Shown here in pieces: positions 9,625 to 18,785 of a stretch of 64,000 nt of DNA; within the stretch, counting starts at the first letter, position 1, and each line of letters starts with the position of its first letter. The stretch comes from Candidatus Altiarchaeales archaeon (GTDB taxonomy: Archaea; Altiarchaeota; Altiarchaeia; IMC4; SCGC-AAA252-I15): the NCBI GenBank assembly GCA_014727915.1, contig WJMO01000005.1, positions 288,001-352,000 of the forward strand, read 5' to 3'. A model generated the notes under the pieces. That model was not told the origin of the DNA, searched no databases, and saw nothing but the letters and a program-made list of their open reading frames with translations. Position numbers and translations under genes: made by a program.

Positions 9625-10950
9625 TCACTGATTAACCGCTTTCCTGCAGGCTTCCTTGAATATCTCGGTGAGTGTGGGGTGGGGGTGTATTGTCGCGGCA
9701 ACATCCGACGCTTTCAGCTTCATCTTCACAGCCAATGATGCCTCTCCTATCAGGTCTGAGGCGTGGGCTCCGATCATGTGCACGCCCACTATGACGCCCT
9801 CGCCATCAACTACTACCTTGCAGAATCCTGATCTTTCGCCCATGCAACGTGCCTTCCCGTTGCTGATGTAGTCTGCCCTCCCAACCTTGCATCCGCTGCC
9901 TGCCTCGTCCTCTGTAACCCCTACCCTGCCGATCTCGGGTAGTGTGAACACGCACCATGGCACGGCATCATAGTCCACTTCATCATCCAATCCCATTATG
10001 TTCTTGGCTGCAGTTTCAGCGCCGGCGTAGGCCACGTGGGCCAGCTTATAGCTCCCTCCCGTGACGTCTCCAACTGCGTATACGCCCTTCACGCTCGTTT
10101 CCATGCGTGGGTTGACTTTGACTCCGTCCTCTCCGACTTCAACCCCTAATTCCCCGACTCCCTCAGGGATGTTGGGTTTCCTGCCCACAGCCAACAGTAT
10201 CCTATCTGCTTTGATGTCTTCTCCGCCGACTTTCACCGTCTTACTATCCCTGTCGGCGGATTCGACTTTCACATCCTTCACTATCCTGACATCCTTTGAG
10301 AGTATACTCTCCAACTCCTTTGATATCTCACTGTCCTCTGCTGCGAGAATCCTGGGCAGCGCCTCCACCAATGTGACGTTGCATCCGAGCTTCCCGTATA
10401 TTGCCGCGTACTCGCATCCTATGAACCCGCCTCCCACGACCACTATGTCCTCTGTGAACTCATTTGACGTGGCTGCGTCATCCCCGGATATAATGTACTC
10501 CCCGTCCAACTCCAGGCCTGGAAGGCCTGTGGGCTTCGAACCAGACGCCAGCACGATGTTTTCGCATTCCAGGGTCATGCCCCCGGCTTCCACCTCGTTT
10601 GCCGACTTGACCCTGGCGTCTCCTTTTACGATTTCAACCCCCGTCTCCTCTAAAATCTTCTCTATCCCTTTCCTGAGGGTGAGTGCGACGCGGTCACGGC
10701 GTTTGAGCATCTTACCCACGTCTGTTTTCACATTGTTCGCTTCTATCCCGTGTTGTGCGGCTTTCCTGACGGCTTCAACGGCCTCGCAGCTGGCAGCCAA
10801 TGCCTTCGTGGGTATGCATCCCCTGTTCGTGCACACTCCCCCTAACTCGCTTTTTTCAACGACGGCTGCTTTGCCTCCCAGCTTGTGTATCCATAGGGCG
10901 CATTCGTAGCCTCCCGGTCCCCCGCCTATTATCACAGCATCGTATCTCAT
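9625..10950 (-). CDS. lpdA: Dihydrolipoyl dehydrogenase (L protein)
   Basis: GGGPGGY, GGVCTNRGCIPTK, GGGFIG.E, HPHPTLTE. Confidence 0.96.
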   Translation of the reverse strand: MRYDAVIIGGGPGGYECALWIHKLGGKAAVVEKSELGGVCTNRGCIPTKALAASCEAVEAVRKAAQHGIEANNVKTDVGKMLKRRDRVALTLRKGIEKILEETGVEIVKGDARVKSANEVEAGGMTLECENIVLASGSKPTGLPGLELDGEYIISGDDAATSNEFTEDIVVVGGGFIGCEYAAIYGKLGCNVTLVEALPRILAAEDSEISKELESILSKDVRIVKDVKVESADRDSKTVKVGGEDIKADRILLAVGRKPNIPEGVGELGVEVGEDGVKVNPRMETSVKGVYAVGDVTGGSYKLAHVAYAGAETAAKNIMGLDDEVDYDAVPWCVFTLPEIGRVGVTEDEAGSGCKVGRADYISNGKARCMGERSGFCKVVVDGEGVIVGVHMIGAHASDLIGEASLAVKMKLKASDVAATIHPHPTLTEIFKEACRKAVNQ

Positions 10951-11714
10951 CTTTTGTTGTTCCAGTCAACGGTCGAATACTTGTTCTCCGAGAGAGCTTC
11001 GGCCTTCATCCTCTCCTCCCCTGTCGGCCTGCCCTTCTTAAGATCCAGCTTCAACGACTTAGCGAAACCTTTCCGGAACGCCGTCGAAGCCTTATCAAAT
11101 GTGATCTCACGATTTAAAACGTGTTTCACGGAGGTCACCCGCTCCTTAACTGCCTTGACCGCCTTGTCCCTCATCTTCTCATCCGATACCCTCAGGAGTT
11201 TGAACATCCTCTCCGCATCCACGTCCAAGAGGACGGTCCCATGCTGTAGCACGCAGTTCATCCTGCGTGTCTGGGCGTTGCCGCTGATCTTCCTGCCTCC
11301 TGTGATTATGTCGTTCAAGGGGGCGAACTCAGCGTCTATGCCCAATTCTTTGAAACCTCCTATGAGGCCTGAGCATATCAGCCTGTAGGATTCGAGAACG
11401 TCCTTTGGCACCGTGTCCTCTGGGGATATGAAGCTGTATGTCAGCTCAGTGTCGTGGTATACTGCTCCCCCGCCGGTTATTCGCCTTACCACGTCAACGC
11501 CTTCCTCAAAACAACTGTCAAGATCCACTTCCTCCCGCAGGCTCTGGAAGTATCCTATCGAGACGGTGGCTGGCTCCCATCCGTAGAACCTTAGCGTGGG
11601 TGGGCTGTTGCCCTGGCTCACCTCTTCCAGCACGGCTTCGTCCAATCCCATGTTCCAGTATCCTGGGTTGTGTCCTGTCTCCAATAGCCTGCACTTCACT
11701 TCACAGCCTCGCAT
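10947..11714 (-). CDS. lplA: Lipoate-protein ligase A catalytic subunit
   Basis: NMGLDEA, RRITGGGAVYHD, NDI...RKISGNAQ, QHGT. Confidence 0.93.
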   Translation of the reverse strand: MRGCEVKCRLLETGHNPGYWNMGLDEAVLEEVSQGNSPPTLRFYGWEPATVSIGYFQSLREEVDLDSCFEEGVDVVRRITGGGAVYHDTELTYSFISPEDTVPKDVLESYRLICSGLIGGFKELGIDAEFAPLNDIITGGRKISGNAQTRRMNCVLQHGTVLLDVDAERMFKLLRVSDEKMRDKAVKAVKERVTSVKHVLNREITFDKASTAFRKGFAKSLKLDLKKGRPTGEERMKAEALSENKYSTVDWNNKR

Positions 11715-11962
11715 ATGACCTTCACTATCGATTCCGCGTCCACACCGTACAATTCCGCCCCTTCCAGAGCCTTCTTAACGACCTTCCTGACGTCCCCGGC
11801 CTTTATGCCCCTCAGTTGTTCGTCCAGCTCGTCCATCCTGGACTCGGGGTGCATGAAGAAGTCGCCTGTTACCTTGGCCTTTAGTATCCTGCCATTCTCG
11901 TGTCTGACATCTGCTTTCAATAGCTTGCCTCCCGGAACCTTCAAAATGGCCTTTCCCCTCAT
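11696..11962 (-). CDS. Lipoate-protein ligase C-terminal/accessory subunit (LplB-like)
   Basis: KVPGGKLL..V.GDFF.HPE motif; overlaps the lplA start. Confidence 0.85.
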   Translation of the reverse strand: MRGKAILKVPGGKLLKADVRHENGRILKAKVTGDFFMHPESRMDELDEQLRGIKAGDVRKVVKKALEGAELYGVDAESIVKVICEAVK

Positions 11963-12082
11963 CTTTTTAATATTAATGTGTCCTCTTATTTAACATGGCT
12001 GGACCAATTCTGGGCGTTATCGGCGGATTGGGCGTTGTTAAGGTCGCCGAGCGCGGTATGGAAGAGATCGGGAAGGGATTGG

Positions 12083-12304
12083 ATGATGAAGGGGAAGAAG
12101 ACGAAGACTGAGCCCGAAGTCATCCACTCTCCAAATTCTAAGGTCTGCGTCAGCCCCGGCTGCCCACTTTGCACCCCGTTGGGGCTTGCGCTGTTCCTCG
12201 TCGGATTCATGGTGGTGTTCTACACGGACTGGCCCTACCAGGTGTTTGGGTGGTTGACGCTAGCGTTGGCTTACCTGCAGGCGTGGGTCAAACCACGCTG
12301 GTAG
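12083..12304 (+). CDS. Small membrane protein with a Cys-rich motif
   Basis: CVSPGCPLC followed by two TM segments; start uncertain. Confidence 0.5.
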   Translation: MMKGKKTKTEPEVIHSPNSKVCVSPGCPLCTPLGLALFLVGFMVVFYTDWPYQVFGWLTLALAYLQAWVKPRW

Positions 12305-12305
12305 G

Positions 12306-12917
12306 CTATAGTCCTTCCAGCAGTCCCATGAGCTCTCCAAGAGACTCTATCCTGTGGTCTCCGTCCACTCCTATCCCAACGGTTGTGCACCCCGCAGCCC
12401 CTCCGGCTCCTATGTCTGCTTTGGTGTCACCCACCATGACGGAATCCGACTCTTTCACCCTAACAGCCTTGCAGGCGTGGTGTATCAGGTCAGGCTCCGG
12501 TTTGCCGACTGCCACGTCGTCTCCGCCGAAAACTCCGTCGAACCTCCCAGTCAGGCCTACGGTCTCGAGGGTGAGGTGCATGAGCTCGCGGGGTGTGTTG
12601 GTCACGATGACCTTGAGCTTATTCTTCCTTGATAGGTATTCCAGGACCTCGTCCGTTTCGGGGAACAATGTCACGCTACCTATGTTGTTTGGGAAGAACT
12701 CATCGTATAGTTCCACCAGCTCGCCGGGTGATAGGTTGGGGAAGAACCTACTCACATCCTCCTCCGTCGACTGTCCCAGTATGTCCTGGCAGAACGTCTC
12801 ATAGCCGACTTTGTCCCCACCCGTGTATTCTAGGACGTCGTTGAAGGTCTTATGCCATGCTGGGATGGAGTCGACGAGCGTACCGTCCATGTCGAACAGG
12901 ACTGCTTCGTAGGTCAT
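12306..12917 (-). CDS. HAD-superfamily hydrolase (phosphoglycolate phosphatase-like)
   Basis: FDMDGTLVDS, VTN, KPEP, MVGDT..D; real start is ATG 12917. Confidence 0.92.
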   Translation of the reverse strand: MTYEAVLFDMDGTLVDSIPAWHKTFNDVLEYTGGDKVGYETFCQDILGQSTEEDVSRFFPNLSPGELVELYDEFFPNNIGSVTLFPETDEVLEYLSRKNKLKVIVTNTPRELMHLTLETVGLTGRFDGVFGGDDVAVGKPEPDLIHHACKAVRVKESDSVMVGDTKADIGAGGAAGCTTVGIGVDGDHRIESLGELMGLLEGL

Positions 12918-12954
12918 GGAGAAAGATATGTGTCGTCTTCCATTAAAAGCGTTT

Positions 12955-14304
12955 CTAGTATCCTGCGTCGTGCTTGGCCCACCGCTCCTTCTCGGTGAGT
13001 ATCCTGCTGATCTCCTGGAATACCGGGGGTATGGGCTTCCTGCCCGACTCAACAGCGTTCCTGTTGACTGGCGCCCTCACGATGAGGGCTCCGTCCACGC
13101 CGTAGTCGTTAACTCCTATCCCCGTGGTCTTGCCCACGTTGTAGTCGTTCAACGTGTGTATGTCCGCTCTGGCAAAGCGCCCGGTCGTCAGCGCATGGTC
13201 TCCCTCCATGTCAGCGGTGAAGACTTCGAAGTCCAAATCCATCAGCGGCCGGTATGCCCTGTAGTGGTTGAAGCCTGCGACATCGTCTGTGCGGATGGTG
13301 GTCACCTCCCCTCCCCTCATGACGGTCAGGCTGGCTCCTGGTATGAGCATCCTCGTGTAGGCCATCATCCTCCCGTCGTCCGCCTGCTCGTATACGACAT
13401 CCCTACTATGGTCTATTCTGCTCCTCTTCATCCTCTGAGCCCTATCAAACTCATCCTGTGCCAACGCCGATGACTGGTGGAACAGTGCGGTCAGGCTTGT
13501 CGGCTTTGTCTCGGTTGACTCCACGTCGGGGATGTACCTCCACATTGGTATGTACACCCCTCCCGGGGTATGATTGCGTTGGATAGTCCCAGCTTCCACA
13601 TCTAGTCTGGGAAATTGTATGTCCATGACAGAGCCTCCGCTCAGTCCCCTCACCAGAAGGCGGGTCCTATCCATGTCCTCCCTTCCCCGGTCTCCTCCGA
13701 TCTTTGTTATGTCGACTTTGCCCTCCCTTCCAGCTCCCCTGCTGAACATGTCCAACAGGCTGCCTTGGAAGCCGAGGGCTTGCAGCGATGGATCGTGTCC
13801 CTCTTCGCCGTCTACCACCACCGCCATAGGCACGCCGTCGCAGTGGCAGCTTATCGCATACTCGTCTCCGCCCCCGAGGGAACATATAACAACATCGCTT
13901 TTCCCGGACCTCAGCGGGTACTGGTCTTTGGGAAGCCTTCCCGCCAGGGCGTCAAAGTACCTCCTGGCGCCTCCAACCTCCTCTAACGTGTTCAGGAAAA
14001 GCCTCATGGCAGTCGGATGCCGGTCCATGGCGTGCGCGAACCCGTCCAGTTGTAGCTCTGGCATGCTCTCAACCAAGTCTCTGAGCAAGTGGGTCCTCTC
14101 CCCCCAGACCCCCGGGTGCCCGCTCCTGGAGTCGACCAGGTCGCGGAGGCTATCGCGTGTTGCGTGGAAATGAGCGTTAGGCCTGCTGATCAGACGTGTT
14201 TTCTCGGCGGCATCCTGTCTTGCAACATCTGCTGGCACCTGGCCTTGCTCTTCCTTCCCCCCCTGGCTTTGACCACCCTTTGGTTTCTCTTCCTCTTTTG
14301 CCAT
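12955..14304 (-). CDS. Hypothetical protein with conserved-His domain and divergent C-terminal cupin-like domain (paralogue of 58417 and 59750)
   Basis: Shared motifs TPGGVYIP, HYRA..FEV, F.R.D.H...D...KTTG. Confidence 0.75.
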   Translation of the reverse strand: MAKEEEKPKGGQSQGGKEEQGQVPADVARQDAAEKTRLISRPNAHFHATRDSLRDLVDSRSGHPGVWGERTHLLRDLVESMPELQLDGFAHAMDRHPTAMRLFLNTLEEVGGARRYFDALAGRLPKDQYPLRSGKSDVVICSLGGGDEYAISCHCDGVPMAVVVDGEEGHDPSLQALGFQGSLLDMFSRGAGREGKVDITKIGGDRGREDMDRTRLLVRGLSGGSVMDIQFPRLDVEAGTIQRNHTPGGVYIPMWRYIPDVESTETKPTSLTALFHQSSALAQDEFDRAQRMKRSRIDHSRDVVYEQADDGRMMAYTRMLIPGASLTVMRGGEVTTIRTDDVAGFNHYRAYRPLMDLDFEVFTADMEGDHALTTGRFARADIHTLNDYNVGKTTGIGVNDYGVDGALIVRAPVNRNAVESGRKPIPPVFQEISRILTEKERWAKHDAGY

Positions 14305-14338
14305 GACCCTTTTATTATTTGGTGAGCTATGTATTAAT

Positions 14339-17300
14339 CTAATTCGCCTGTTTGCCTTCCCGGGATTTCTCCCTCTTCTCCTCGATCCTCTGCCTCAAGT
14401 ACTCGTAGGCTTTTTTGTGGTCCCAGATGTTCTGGGGAGTCTCCTGGTTTTGGCTCTCAGAGTGCGAGATAATCTCACGCGCCCACCCCCCGCATTCTCT
14501 GCTGTCCAACAAACCCATCTCCTCTCTCCTCTGGAGCAGCCTTCGAGGCGGGAGGGATATGGTCACACTACCCCTGTCTGGGGGGACTCCGGCCTCATCG
14601 TCCAGGATCGCCTCAAGGCCTATCTGCAATGCTATCCCCTCGAACTCTTCGGAGAGCGCTCCGCAGGTGTAGTATGGCTTGTCCGCTCGCCTGCAGCTCC
14701 TCCTGCTCGATAGCAGGGCCTCCGCGAGGGTTGGCGCATACTCTGTCTTCTCCCCCGCGCTCCTGGGGGTTTCTGTGAATGACTCTCCCAGGTCGTTAGA
14801 CCCGTATGATGCTATGTCATAGTACGGGTGCAGTGATGCCATCTTACTCAATCCCATCCTGGATTCATATTGCAATATGAAGAGGACCTGCCTGTCAGGT
14901 GATTTGCCCACCTGTTCGAGCCTGCGCATGATTCTATCGAATGATTCCCTGCAGGCCTGCACGTCGCTGATGTGCTGGGCGTTTGGCAGTATGACCCCCG
15001 TCTGCTGTCGTGCGGTCGCGGCAGACCTTATTATGGCTCCCATGTTGGCGTCGAGCAGCCTGCGCCTACGAGGCTCTGCTATGAACCTAAGGCTGGTCAT
15101 ACCCCCTCTAAGCGCGTCTGGCCCGTATGCCTCCTGCAGTATCGGGAGGTATTTGTCTTCTGTGATGTCGAAGGTCCTCTTTAGGCTTGGGCATTCCCTG
15201 TATTCCGGCGGTGCGTGGTCGTAGAGGTAGTCGTCCACCCTCGAATACCTCCTCGTCAGGTACTCCTCCAGAACCCTGAACGAGTCCGGTTCAAAAACCT
15301 CTATGTGCGTGGGGTGGTCGGGGTTTGCATATGCGATGAACCTCCCTCGGATCCTGCTCTCATCATCGTCGTTGCCTGCAAAGACCAGCAGTTCGTCGCC
15401 CTGATGCCTTAGTGTCAGCTCCTCTCTCAAGTCTGTCCTGACCCTCCATCTCCTGGCTCCTCCGATCTCATCAAGCGGTTCAACCGACTCTACGTGGGAG
15501 CCGGCGTTTATCAGGTCGAACCTGTCGAAGCTGTTATTGGCCTGTTGGATGTTGGCGTAATTGTTATCTCCGAGGGTGAACGCTGGAAGTCTGCTGTTAA
15601 GCTTGACTCTGAGGGGTTGGAGGTCCGTGCTCGTGGCTATCTCGGTCCTGAATAGGTAAAGCCCCTCAGCCCCGTATCTTGTTGCGCGGGCAAGCTGGCT
15701 TTCGTTGAACCCGTTCAAAGTGGCTCCCCCAACTATCCTGAAACCGTCCGATGTGACCATGTTCCTTATCTCCCCGACTTCAGGCTCTATCGATACCTTC
15801 TGGGGTAATACGATCGCGTAACCCCTTTCCGGGCCTTGCAGTTCACAGCCGAAGAACTCACCTATCCTCCTCCCTGGACTCTCTATCATAACAGAGTTCC
15901 GGTCGTCTATGGGGTCTGCGATTAGCACGGGAGTTCCGTCCTCTATCCTATCCAGTTGTTCGGGGTCCACTCCCATGATTATGGCTTGACGCGCGGCTCC
16001 CGCGGCGATAGCTCCATGGCAGTTGCTCTTGCCATGTAATGAGCCCCAGCCTTCGAATCCCATATGCCTCAGCTCGATCACCTGGTCGGGCGTCGGGTCC
16101 CTCGGGAGGATGGCAACCCATCCCTCGTGCAGGCGTGTTAGTGTCTCCTGCGTCTGCCTTCTCATCTGGAGCAGGTCTCCGGCTCTGAGGGCGGTTTCCT
16201 TGAGGCCTCCCTCCATTATGACCTCGTTGCCGTCTATCCGTTCTCCTTCCTTGTCGGCCCAGATCACGCCCAGGAGCTCTCCTACCTTGCCTGGTTCCTC
16301 TGTTGGCGCGTGTATGGTGGCCCATGCGCAGTTTGGGTTCTCGCAGAAGCCGCCTCGCGTGTCCGGGTTGTGGAATGTGTCTTCGACTATCATTACCTCC
16401 TGCCTTCCGCTTTCCATAGCCCTTCTCGCGATGACCGCAGTGCCGTCTTCTGGCTTGTCCAATGGTATCCTAGCATCTCCCGGGACTGTTTGGAAACCTC
16501 CTTTCTTCCACTCGTACCTTGAGACCAGCTCCCTGGAACTGGGTTCCAGCAGGTATACCCCCGCCTGTCTGAAAACGGGTTCCTGGCCCTTTGGTTTGAT
16601 TGCTCTGCGGAGCACGTATGCCAGGATGTGAGTCTCTGAGAATCCGTCTCTGGTGGGCAGCAAAAGAGTCCTCATGTCAGCTTCTGCGTTGGCCCTCTGG
16701 GCGTCGTCCATCTCCTTGGGTTTTCCCTGGTCGTCCAACATGAACTGGCATCTTATGGCCAGCTCCAGGTTGGGGTGGGTTTCCTCCCCTACTGTTAGTG
16801 GCAGTCCTAGGGCGTCAACGATGCCCTGTGTTACCGGCTGGGCTAGCCTGGTGGCCAACGGCATCCTCAACTGTCCCAGGTAGTCTGCTTCACCCTTCCT
16901 CATGGCCTTGAACTCCTTTTCGTCCGTCAGTCCCAGGGCTGCAATCTCAGCGTCGGTCGCGTGCTTTCTACCGGTGGTTATGATGTCCATGAGAGCGTCC
17001 AAACGCCTTATCTGCAGCGGCACCTTGTCTTCACTCACCAGCCCATAGTCTATCACCTTCCCCCTCTCCTGTAGGGGGTCTCTCTTGACTGGCCCGTAGA
17101 CTACCATGCCCGATTCTCCTCCGCTGCCTACCAGCACGACGTTGCCCTGTTCCCTGTGCCTCCTGATCAGGCCCAGTTCGACCAGCTCCTCCGAGAAGCT
17201 GGTATCCTGGAATCTTAGCTCTCCTCCTGATTGTCCTGAAGCTTGCGCCAGCATCTTACCGTACTCTTCAGGGTTATCCTCTCTTTTTTTGATGTAGTCT

Positions 17301-17866
17301 TTCACACGCTGCTGGAAGTTGTCATGGTATGCTACGGTCAGCATGTCTGTCATCTGGCGCACGACCTGCTCGTCGGGGCCAATGGCTATCATATCTATCT
17401 GTCTCGGCTGGTTGTTGTGCGCTTCCGGGCCTTGCACTCCGAGGTCTCTCAGCTGGTCTGACCTGCACATCTCCTGCCATCCGAGGCTTCCGGGGGCGTT
17501 TCCTTCACCGTCTTTTCCCACTGGTATGAACAGCTTGCAGTCTATGTCATCCGGGTTGCCTCCTGTCTTCTTGCACCGTGGGTTATGCTCTCTGATGATC
17601 CTGAAGGTCGTGGTCGCAGGCCTGACGTGCAGCTCCTGCAGTGCCGGGAAAGTCATCTCAACCAGCGTGAGACCCTGGGTTTCAGCCCTTCTCCGTAGGT
17701 CTTCCGTGGTTATCACACCTACCGATCTTGTACTGGCGACTTCTATGGGAGTTGCGCCGGTTATCTGCGGGCCCTGCTCCTCAGGCTTCCTTGGCTGCGG
17801 GGGTTCCTGGGCCTGCGGGGGTTTCACCTCCTTTTGAGGGCCTTTCGGCTGGTCGTCAGATGGCAT
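14339..17866 (-). CDS. HPr / PTS Enzyme I-like fusion protein with inserted GAF-like domain
   Basis: LHVRPA (HPr His), SNCHGAI (EI His domain), GAEGLYLFRTE, RTFDITEDK, GSNDL, TCG (EI barrel). Confidence 0.8.
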   Translation of the reverse strand: MPSDDQPKGPQKEVKPPQAQEPPQPRKPEEQGPQITGATPIEVASTRSVGVITTEDLRRRAETQGLTLVEMTFPALQELHVRPATTTFRIIREHNPRCKKTGGNPDDIDCKLFIPVGKDGEGNAPGSLGWQEMCRSDQLRDLGVQGPEAHNNQPRQIDMIAIGPDEQVVRQMTDMLTVAYHDNFQQRVKDYIKKREDNPEEYGKMLAQASGQSGGELRFQDTSFSEELVELGLIRRHREQGNVVLVGSGGESGMVVYGPVKRDPLQERGKVIDYGLVSEDKVPLQIRRLDALMDIITTGRKHATDAEIAALGLTDEKEFKAMRKGEADYLGQLRMPLATRLAQPVTQGIVDALGLPLTVGEETHPNLELAIRCQFMLDDQGKPKEMDDAQRANAEADMRTLLLPTRDGFSETHILAYVLRRAIKPKGQEPVFRQAGVYLLEPSSRELVSRYEWKKGGFQTVPGDARIPLDKPEDGTAVIARRAMESGRQEVMIVEDTFHNPDTRGGFCENPNCAWATIHAPTEEPGKVGELLGVIWADKEGERIDGNEVIMEGGLKETALRAGDLLQMRRQTQETLTRLHEGWVAILPRDPTPDQVIELRHMGFEGWGSLHGKSNCHGAIAAGAARQAIIMGVDPEQLDRIEDGTPVLIADPIDDRNSVMIESPGRRIGEFFGCELQGPERGYAIVLPQKVSIEPEVGEIRNMVTSDGFRIVGGATLNGFNESQLARATRYGAEGLYLFRTEIATSTDLQPLRVKLNSRLPAFTLGDNNYANIQQANNSFDRFDLINAGSHVESVEPLDEIGGARRWRVRTDLREELTLRHQGDELLVFAGNDDDESRIRGRFIAYANPDHPTHIEVFEPDSFRVLEEYLTRRYSRVDDYLYDHAPPEYRECPSLKRTFDITEDKYLPILQEAYGPDALRGGMTSLRFIAEPRRRRLLDANMGAIIRSAATARQQTGVILPNAQHISDVQACRESFDRIMRRLEQVGKSPDRQVLFILQYESRMGLSKMASLHPYYDIASYGSNDLGESFTETPRSAGEKTEYAPTLAEALLSSRRSCRRADKPYYTCGALSEEFEGIALQIGLEAILDDEAGVPPDRGSVTISLPPRRLLQRREEMGLLDSRECGGWAREIISHSESQNQETPQNIWDHKKAYEYLRQRIEEKREKSREGKQAN

Positions 17867-17910
17867 GTTAAGTACTGGGAGGGACAGGCTTAAAACATTG
17901 TGTTGGCGGT

Positions 17911-18750
17911 TTATTTGGCTGTTTCAGCTGCTTGGTAGCTGGTTCTAGCCAAGGGTTCGGATGTCACTTTTTCAAACCCCTTTTCAAACGCTTTTTCCTT
18001 GAATCGCTGGAATACCCTGGGTTCTACATATTCGACAACTTGCGTCTGCTTCCTTGTGGGTTGGAGGTACTGGCCAATCACGAGGAAGTCACAGCCCACT
18101 GCCCTCAGATCGTCCATCGCCTGAACGATCTCTCCCTCTTTCTCTCCTAATCCCAGCATTATGGACGACTTCGTCTTCAGGGAAGGGTTGAGCTTCTTCA
18201 CCTCCAATAGCGTCTGGAGGCTCCCCTGGTATGATGCCCTACTGTCTCTGAGATGTTGGAGCCTCTCCACGACTTCGATGTTGTGTGCGACCACGTCCGG
18301 TCCGGCGTTGACCACAGCTTCCAGTTCATCGCCTGTGTAGTCAGGTATAAGGACTTCTACCTTGGCTCCAACGCCCTTCAACGCCCTTATGCACTCTGCA
18401 TACCTTCCTGATCCCTTGTCCTTGAGGTCGTCCCTGTCAACGGATGTCAGCACTACATAAGCCAGATTCAGCTCTCGCACCGCTTCCGCGAGGTTGGCCG
18501 GCTCTTCGATGTCCAATTCATCACCGGCGTCCGAGCTTTTGACCGCGCAGAAACTGCAGTTCCTCGTGCAAGTTTCCCCCAGTATCATGAAGGTGGCTGT
18601 GCCGCAACCCCAGCATTCCCCCATGTTCGGGCAGCGAGCCTCCTCGCAGACCGTGTTGAGATTGTGCTTTCTCAGCACGTCTTTGACGCTTGCATAGCGT
18701 CCATGCCCCCCTATGGGGGCCTTCAGCCAATGGGGCTTCCCGGCTTCCAT
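17911..18750 (-). CDS. lipA: Lipoyl synthase
   Basis: KPHWLK, TVCEEARCPN..EC, CTRNCSFC, GQYLQP, R(T)SY. Confidence 0.96.
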   Translation of the reverse strand: MEAGKPHWLKAPIGGHGRYASVKDVLRKHNLNTVCEEARCPNMGECWGCGTATFMILGETCTRNCSFCAVKSSDAGDELDIEEPANLAEAVRELNLAYVVLTSVDRDDLKDKGSGRYAECIRALKGVGAKVEVLIPDYTGDELEAVVNAGPDVVAHNIEVVERLQHLRDSRASYQGSLQTLLEVKKLNPSLKTKSSIMLGLGEKEGEIVQAMDDLRAVGCDFLVIGQYLQPTRKQTQVVEYVEPRVFQRFKEKAFEKGFEKVTSEPLARTSYQAAETAK

Positions 18751-18785
18751 GGGAGAAGATAGGCAGTTAGGGTAAATTAGCTTTT

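Noticed and set aside
14339-17866. PEP synthase or pyruvate phosphate dikinase
   Set aside because: No ATP-grasp domain recognisable; motifs and the HPr-like N-terminus fit Enzyme I
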